Source: Azolla caroliniana
Taxonomy: Eukaryota; Plantae; Polypodiophyta
Direction of reading: 5' to 3'
Length of the DNA stretch: 64,000 nucleotides
Assembly (NCBI GenBank): GCA_043228905.1
Contig: JBHGNT010000017.1
Coordinates: forward strand, 1,922,001-1,986,000
Below are positions 57,101 through 64,000 of the stretch, in pieces (within the stretch, counting starts at the first letter, position 1; every line of letters begins with the position of its first letter). A program made the translations under genes and the position numbers. The notes under the pieces were generated by a model. It did no database searches and was not told the DNA's origin. It saw nothing but the letters and a program-made list of their open reading frames with translations.

Positions 57101-59577
57101 GCAGTCCCGACCGGCAAGGGACCGGTTAGCACTCGAGGATCCGGCCGAAGACTGTGAAGAAACAGAACCGGCCGAAGAAGATGAAAATGATACCGGAACC
57201 GGCCCCGATCCCGAAACGGATTCGGATGAAGAAGAATCGGAAGAACCGGTTACCGAAGCTCCGAAACGGAGATATCCTCTAAGAGAGAGAAGGGCCCCCC
57301 GGAGATTTCCGGAACCAGAGCACGTGCTGCTAACCGACGACGGGGAGCCGGAGAGCTTTGAAGAAGCAAAGCATGACACCCAGAGCCGCAGGTGGTTGAG
57401 TGCCATGCAGGACGAGATGGATTCCCTGCATGAGAACCACACATATGAACTTGTGGAGTTGCCGAAAGGAAAGCGGGCACTTCGAAACAAGTGGGTGTTC
57501 AAGCTGAAACCGGGAGATGCCGGAAACCCCCCGAGATACAAAGCCAGGATCGTGGTGAAGGGGTTTCAGCAGAAGAAGGGCGTCGACTTCGACGAGATAT
57601 TTGCCCCGGTAGTGAAGATGACCTCCATCCGGACGGTGCTGAGTATAGCGGCAAGCATGGACCTCGAGGTAGAACAGATGGACGTGAAGACGGCATTCCT
57701 TCACGGCGACCTCGAAGAAGAGATCTACATGCAGCAACCAGAAGGATTCGAGAAGAAAGGGAAGGAGCACCTGGTATGCCGGTTGAAGAAGAGCCTTTAC
57801 GGACTGAAGCAGGCTCCCCGGCAATGGTACCGGAAGTTCGACTCCTTCATGACCGACGAAGGTTACCTCAAAACGCAGTCCGACCACTGCGTGTTTGTGA
57901 AGAAGTTCGAAGGAGGAGACTTTCTAATACTCCTCCTGTACGTGGATGACATGTTAATCGTCGGACGAGACCAGGTCAAGATACGGATGCTGAAGAAGGC
58001 TCTTCACCGAACCTTCTCAATGAAGGACTTGGGTCCGGCGAGACAAATACTAGGGATGCACATCATCCGGGACCGGAGCAAGAAGCAGTTGTGGCTGTCA
58101 CAGGAGAAGTACGTGACAAAGGTGCTTAAACGGTTCAACATGTCGGAAGCAAGACCGGTCGGATCGACCCTCCCGGCAAACTGCAAGCTGTCCAGCAAGC
58201 AAAGCCCCAAGACAAAGGCTGAGAAGGAGGACATGATGAAAGTGCCATATGCCTCTGCCGTCGGAAGCTTGATGTACGCAATGGTGTGTACCCGACCGGA
58301 CATCGGATATGCAGTCGGAGTGGTGAGCCGGTACATGAGCAATCCCGGCAAAGAGCATTGGAACGCAGCCAAGTGGATACTCCGATACCTGAAGGGCACG
58401 ACAAACGTGTGCCTCCGATTCGGCTCCGGTAAGCCCGAACTCGACGGCTTCACCGATTCGGACATGTCGGCTGATGCAGATACCAGCCGGTCCACATCAG
58501 GGTATGTGATGACGTATGCAGGGGGAGCTGTTTCATGGCAGTCGAGGCTGCAGAAGACGGTTGCCTTGTCAACCACGGAGGCGGAGTACATGGCGGCTGT
58601 TGAAGCCGGCAAGGAAATAATATGGATGAAGGACTTCATTAGAGAGCTCGGTATCCGACAAGAGGAGTACCGACTCTACTGCGACAGTCAGAGTGCAATC
58701 CACCTTGCGAAGAACGCGGCCTATCACTCCCGGACGAAGCACATCCAGCGAAGATATCACTGGATCCGGGAAAGAATAGAAGACAAGGAGTTCGTGCTGA
58801 CGAAGGTCCACACGGACGAGAACGGGTCGGATATGCTGACCAAGGTGCTCACACCCGACAAGCTGGAAGCATGCCGGAAGAGGATCGGATTGGAAAGACA
58901 TCCCATGCCGAAGTGAAGGGGGAGTTTGTTGGGATTACGGTCCCTTCGGATGGGATGGTCGGATGTCGGAGATGAATGCCGACGAGCCCGGTTTCGGTTT
59001 CGGAACCGGATGATGAAGAGTACCCGGCATGAAGCCGGATGAAGAGTACCCCGGCTACGTAGCCGGATGCTGAAGACCCCGGCTACGGAGCCGGATGACG
59101 AATGTACCCGGAGAGAGATCCGGATGCGGGGACATATTTGTGAATATGTTTGCCAAGGGCCCTTGAGGCTATATTTGTAATATCCCGAAAGTCATATGTG
59201 TATAAATATGACTTAGGGCAAATAGTTTGTTGTTGCTACTCATTTTTCTGTTTTTCCACTCAAGAGGAGTGAAGAGAGAGCAGCCGTGAGAGAGATAGAG
59301 CGTGAGAGAGGAAGAGGTCGACGCCTCTGTGTATTTCCGCCGCCTGTGGCGAGGACAGCAAGCTCAAGGTCGTCGCCTTGCAGCTCGCCATTGTATACTT
59401 CTCTGTGCATAGTTTTGGTTCGGAGTCTTGTACTCCCGTGGTTTTTCCCCGTACAGGGTTTTCCACGTTAAATCGTGTGTCCACTGCATTTCCCATTTTC
59501 TGCAACAACGATTCGTGTGTTTTCTTTGGTTGTGGCCGAAGACGGTGAAGTTTGGAAAGTTTCGATTATTTCCATCA
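54162..59577 (+). mobile_element. Young intact Ty1/Copia retrotransposon
   Basis: 651-bp LTRs 54162-54812 and 58927-59577 (2 differences seen); TSD CTAGA; PBS TGGTATCAGTGC; PPT GAAGGGGGAG. Confidence 0.97.
54843..58916 (+). CDS. Copia Gag-Pol polyprotein (Tnt1-like)
   Basis: Single ORF: CFHCGKPGHFRKNC, WVVDSGAS, INT, YVDDML, RNase H. Confidence 0.96.
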   Translation: MEGGGSGQPGMMVLNAQNYADWKIKMEDLLIVRDLYKPIDRSEIPKGVLESEWRLLNRKAVATIRQYVDVSVLQHVANDINAYEMWRKLSGLYERKNALNRTSLMRKIVNLKYRDGESMVEHVSTFMGFVNQLAAIKFPLEDAMQAIILMCTLPESWENLVVTLSTSCTEDNLSLQTVKTSILNEEARRRDKEPASDSKALLTESERGRQWNRSPQRREKSGTRSQSRGRPTCFHCGKPGHFRKNCRHYRKDNGADDTDSKKSPERNGAYRGATDRRGPDRRGQDRKGTTTLAASEEEIMLITEEGELNIAGDETTWVVDSGASFHLTPERRYFSSYTVGEHGCVRMGNEGTCRIAGIGDVWLTTPTGCKMLLKDVRHVPEVRLNLISAGRLDDEGYTGSIRNGVMKFSKGSLIVARARKVNTLYLMNAWLCPEELNVAADTAGELWHKRLCHMSEKGMKRLAEDNLIPVKHVHLEKCTDCLAGKQNRTSFHSRPPTRRSAPLELVHTDVCQVETKSHGGAQYFVTFIDDHSRKLWTAPMKAKDQVVSVFKELHARVERESGKKLKAIRADNGGEYRGQFAEYCRSKGIRLEFTVPKTPELNGLAERMNRTIMERVRSMLAHAKLPKGFWAEAMSTATYVINRSPSVPLDGDTPQRVWTGREVSYRHLKVFRCLAYVHVAKDRRGKLDPKTRPCIFLGYGDDEFGYRVWDPVDKKIFRSRDIIFMENKTLADWESEKKMKSSKSTGEDQLYEEQSRPARDRLALEDPAEDCEETEPAEEDENDTGTGPDPETDSDEEESEEPVTEAPKRRYPLRERRAPRRFPEPEHVLLTDDGEPESFEEAKHDTQSRRWLSAMQDEMDSLHENHTYELVELPKGKRALRNKWVFKLKPGDAGNPPRYKARIVVKGFQQKKGVDFDEIFAPVVKMTSIRTVLSIAASMDLEVEQMDVKTAFLHGDLEEEIYMQQPEGFEKKGKEHLVCRLKKSLYGLKQAPRQWYRKFDSFMTDEGYLKTQSDHCVFVKKFEGGDFLILLLYVDDMLIVGRDQVKIRMLKKALHRTFSMKDLGPARQILGMHIIRDRSKKQLWLSQEKYVTKVLKRFNMSEARPVGSTLPANCKLSSKQSPKTKAEKEDMMKVPYASAVGSLMYAMVCTRPDIGYAVGVVSRYMSNPGKEHWNAAKWILRYLKGTTNVCLRFGSGKPELDGFTDSDMSADADTSRSTSGYVMTYAGGAVSWQSRLQKTVALSTTEAEYMAAVEAGKEIIWMKDFIRELGIRQEEYRLYCDSQSAIHLAKNAAYHSRTKHIQRRYHWIRERIEDKEFVLTKVHTDENGSDMLTKVLTPDKLEACRKRIGLERHPMPK

Positions 59578-60381
59578 CTAGATGTATTCTTACCACATGC
59601 ACTAAGGGTTGCCATTGGACAACTTAGAATATCATCTCACCAACTTGAGATTGAGAATGGCCGTACTAGTGGAGTCCCTAGGGAGGAAAGGATATGTAGG
59701 TTATGTCACATAGAGATAGAGGATGAGTAACACTTTACATGCATGTGTCCAACCTATGCCGAGATAAGGGCAAAATACCAAGACATACTTGGTTCGTCTC
59801 CCACCCTCCCCAAACTATTAGATACTCTAGATATAAAGAAATTAGGCAAATACATTCTAGAGCTAAAACAACACAGAGAGAATAAGTTACAAAATGTTGA
59901 CAATAATGTTGCTAATGATCACGAACATGTAACAAATGAAGTTTTTCAGGAACATGAGGAGACAACGAATGCCGACACACTTGCACCACTCGGCCTTTCC
60001 ATTGATGAGGCAAAAAACCAGAGAAGAACCAGACGTCCTCGGGTGCCGGGTTTCAAAGCAACTCGACGTGATGTGGAAGCAATATTGAAAATAAGGGAAC
60101 GTGAGCTACACCGCCTAGAAGCCATGGCTAGGGCACTCTCTTCATTGGAACCCACATCGAGACCCTTTGACCCCCCACTTCTTTTCGAGATGCTTGGGTG
60201 GAAATAAAATTAGGCTTAGTGTATAGTCACTTTCGATTATACTACATATTGTACACTACTAGAACTCTTTTAGTTTAAGTTCTATTTTTTACTTAATTTT
60301 ATTTTAGTTATGATGACTGGATAAATACTCTTTTGTTGTAAACCAATTGTCTCATGGGCCAAATTTCTTTCTTTCTTTCTT

Positions 60382-60432
<51 letters not shown>

Positions 60433-63400
60433 TTCGGTTGCATCCGGGTCGTGTCTGGTGTCGGGTTTCTTGTTGTCCCTCTTCTCCCTCGTTCAAGACC
60501 CCCGTGGTCCCGCCCCTTCTACACGTACGCGTGTAACAACGCGACATGTTTGGTGAACCCGACGTGACGGGCAGCAAGGGAGGATGGAGTTGGAAGAAGA
60601 CGACTTCGTGCAACTTTTTGTCGAAGCGGTGAGGGAGTTTGGACGAGTGACAACAAGACGAGAGTCGGCGCAGTAAGCGGTTGATCAAGTGGTCGAAAGA
60701 GTCAGCCGTTTCAACGGGGACAAAGTCCCATTTTTACTTGGAAGCCTACAATGTGGAAATGGAGGAGCGAGAAGTAGCCGAGGCGTTGAGGCTGGAGTTC
60801 TTCTGTAGGGTCGTCGTCGTCCGTATGCACGCGGAAGTGAAGGAGCTCAGAGAAGCTCATAGTTCGTGGGAGGCCTTTGAAGAGGCGCTCCTGCAGGCGT
60901 ATGGGGGACGGCGAAAGAGCCGGGGACGACGCGGCTTCAACCAGTGGGTAGCATCGACAAAGACCCACCCGGGTACAATGAAGGCGTTCTGAGAGTTCGA
61001 GCGACGGCTTGCTCGGCTCCCGGAGCGGGAACAAGGTTTGGTGGGGGCGGACAAAGTCCTATTGTTCGTTAAGTCGATCGACCGAGCGGAACGGGAGGCC
61101 ATCAGGATGGAGCTCGAAGACGATGACGGAGCGAATGGGTTTACGGAGGACTGGTCGAAGGTCGGAAGGGTGTGCCAACGGCTAGATGACGAGCGAGCCG
61201 AGAAGGCTAAGAGGAAGGTGCGCAACGGCGTGCCATCATAGCGGGAAGAGGGCGAATGGCAAAGAGAGTCGGCAAGGGTCGGCGTTGGGGCCAGGATTGC
61301 GGAGGCGTACGCAGCTCTCGAGGTGATGCTCGAGGAAGAGGAAAGATCGAGGCAGCAAGCGGAGACCGAGGAGACGGACTTGCCCCACGTGATGGCGGAA
61401 GACCGGTACCATGGTACCACAGGAGAGGGTGTGGAACATAACGCCCTCTCGACTTGCGGAGAATTGCCGACCGAGGACAAGGTCGAGAGCGGAGAAGAGC
61501 CCTCCACGCGGATTCCGGAGACTCTGGTGGTCAAGCCCATGTGCCGACATGAGACCGGAGAGAAGGAAGGCGCCGACGAGGAGTCCTGGCACGATGCTAG
61601 CGAAGAGGGATGGGAAACGGCCTGCGAGGAGGCCAAGGATAGAGGCGGCACGGAAAGATCGGCATTCCGATTCGAATGGAGCGTGATCTGGATGTGGATG
61701 ACTCGACCGAAACCGGCCCAAGGTGCGAAAGACCAAGGACGGGCTATAGGGCCCGATCGGTAGGGCTCGGTTCGATATAATAGTGCCGGCACGGAAGAGG
61801 AGAACGAAGACCGGTCCTACGGAGATCCTCACACCGATCCGGCTGTCGGCCCGAGTGCAGGCATGAGTCCTATAGGAGAGATCGGTGGCGACAGGAGAAC
61901 GGGACCCAACAATCCAGAGAAGACAGACGGACCCAGACAAGAACTGGGCGAAGCGGACTCCTGGATAACCACTCTGGGAGGGAGGAAGAGAGCAGGCCTA
62001 CGGAGAGGTCAGGAACACGGTACGTTAGTACCACGGGAGGGGGTGTGGAGCGAGCCACCCTCTCGACTTGCGAAAGAAGGAAGACCCAGGATAAGGGTCA
62101 GAGATACGACGAGCCTAAGGAGGATCCTTCACACCGGTTCCGGAGACTCCGGCGGTCGGCCCGAGAGCCGGTGTGAGACCAAGAGGGACGATCGGTGGCG
62201 GCGAGGGGACGAAGGCAAAGAATTACATATGGGCGGTCCCACAAAGATCCTCACACCGATCTGGCTATCAGCCCGAGTGCCGGCGTGAGTCCTATAGGAG
62301 AGGTCGGTGGCGGCAGGTGAACGTGACCATACGGCGAGCGGTGCTGCAGCGACCTTACACACACCGGTTCTAGAGACTCCGGCGGTCGGCCCGAGAGCCG
62401 GCGTGAGTCCTATAGGAAAGGACGGTGGCGGCAGGTGAACGTGATCGGACAACGGACAATAGAGAAGGAGGGTATTAGGCCGGCGATGCGGCTACGGACC
62501 ATCTCGGATCTTCCAGGAAGGTCAGTGGGCATAAGGAAGTCCGGTCCTACGGGATCCCCACACCGAACCAGAGACTCTGGCAGTTCGGCCAACGTGGCAA
62601 CATGAGACCGAGAGAGAAGGTTGGTGGCGGCGGGAAACGGGACCCGGCTACGCGGAAGACACGAGGAGAGTCGCGAAGGACTCCAACAAAAGACACCCAA
62701 ATTTCGGCAAGTAGAGAAACAGAGTCCGGTCCTATGGGACCCTCACACCGATCCGGAGACTCCAGCAGTTCGGCCAACGTGGCAACGTGAGACCTAGGGA
62801 GAAGGACGGTGGCGGCAGGGAATGAGACCCGACGACACGAGATAGCGGATCGGGAGTCGGTAAGACGGGGGCGAACGAAGTGCGAAACCCTTACCGGCCA
62901 GTTACGGTTCGGAAGGAGCCGGTAGGGGCAAACACGGGGAGGTGTGTCGGGTCGGAAAGGCACACCTGGGATGGAACAAGAGTCTCGCAAGTGGCCATCG
63001 CGGGCCGGATCGAAGCGTGACTACGGGACGGTGTTCGGCACGGGCGGTGCCGAACAAAGGAAGCGGAAGACGGCACAAGGGAGGTGCCGGGAACGAGGTG
63101 ACGAGTGCATAGTGGACTGCACATGGTCGGAGTCAGGGGATGACAAGGGAGTCCGGAGGAGGATCCTCCACACTCGCTTCGTAGATCTCAGCAGCTCAGT
63201 AAGAGTAGCGAAGACTGACACGGCAAGCCTGGGATGACAAGCTGGTGGGGGCGAGGGGACGACGGCAAGCTGAAGACTCAGGACCTGTTGCAGCAGCGCA
63301 AAACGAGAAGGGCCAAGTGGGCTACTACGGGGTGTTCCTCAGATGCGGATGACACTGGTATGCGGATGAGCGGCGATGCATGATTTGGCTGGGAAAGGGG

Positions 63401-64000
63401 CCGACAAGCCGTGCAATGAACCGAAGTGTGGCACAGGCAGTGCCAAACAACGGACGAGGGTATGCGGCACACGGAGGTGCCAGAGCGGAAAGGCGAGCGC
63501 GAAGATGGGTTGCGCGGTTCGGAGGTAGCGCGTAGAAGGCCAGAGAAGGATCCTCCACACCGTTCCGGAGACCATGGCGGTTCGAGCCGACGTGGCGACG
63601 TAAGACCATGGAGAAGGAAGGTGGCGGCGAGAGGATGAAGGCAACGCGAAACAACATGGGACGGCAATCAGGACAACACGAATGGTCGACGGAGGCCAAG
63701 CGGGCCACTACGGGCGTTCCTCAAGCGGAGGACATCGGGCATACGGCGGAGAGCAGGGCGTGCATACGACCGAACAAGGGCCAACGAAAGTACGCGTACT
63801 ACGGAGATCGCGGCGAAGGACCCATCGACGGGTCGAACGAGCCTACGGGGAGGTAAGCGTGAAGGAAGAACCGAAGTTGACGGTTCAAACTGGTAGCGAG
63901 CCGGGATGCGGATTACAGAAGACCGGTTTCTCACCGGCTGAAATCTCTCACCCTTCACTGGATTTGGCACGTACCGGTGGACGTGCGGTTTGGTGGGGGC

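Larger units (their letters stand above)
32760..60430 (+). mobile_element. LINE (RTE-X-like), degenerate, in three pieces: ~32760-36887, 53924-54161, 59583-~60430
   Basis: ORF1 33202-34014 (coiled coil + RRM-like, one stop); ORF2 from ~34051 with APE (GDFNART, IDY, DH), RT (QAGFR, GVKQGCPLSP, YADD) and C-terminal RICRLC...EDE...CP motif ending 60207; element ends approximate. Confidence 0.85.
32131..64000 (+). mobile_element. Non-autonomous tRNA-Trp-primed Gypsy derivative; 5' LTR split by the LINE (32131-~32760 and ~60430-60546)
   Basis: LTR start TGTCGTGAAGA and end AGACCCCCGTGGTCCC...CGACA resemble the 40307 LTR; PBS TGGTGAACCCGACGTGA ~60551; decayed gag; no pol; PPT-like GGTGGGGGC at the window end. 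Joining the two LTR halves is inferred. Confidence 0.7.

Overview
Nuclear DNA of a non-seed vascular plant, most likely a leptosporangiate fern. The basis is the fern-type plastid cemA/accD/rbcL fragments and a mitochondrial nad7 fragment whose in-frame stops need U-to-C editing. 1-14.5 kb: a disrupted LRR receptor-like protein gene, several DNA-transposon MITEs and remnants, and a small snRNA cluster (U1 pseudogene, U2, U1). The U2 gene and the intact U1 both have a 22-bp USE-TATA spacing, which in angiosperms is the Pol III spacing. 14.5-25.9 kb: a degenerate Ty1/Copia whose RNase H is split, with no loss of host sequence, by a 6.7-kb mosaic of at least 15 shuffled plastid and mitochondrial fragments. 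The mosaic includes an in-frame psaA-rpoB-psbC chimeric ORF. 26-64 kb: a nest of up to seven retroelement layers: Gypsy remnant > Copia > chromovirus > tRNA-Trp-primed non-autonomous Gypsy > RTE-X-like LINE > Gypsy with an extra 946-aa ORF > young tRNA-Trp-primed Gypsy with a -1 frameshift signal. A young intact Copia sits in the same LINE. One LTR carries an snRNA-type USE+22bp+TATA promoter. All calls come from reading the sequence; no database search was run and boundaries marked ~ are approximate.
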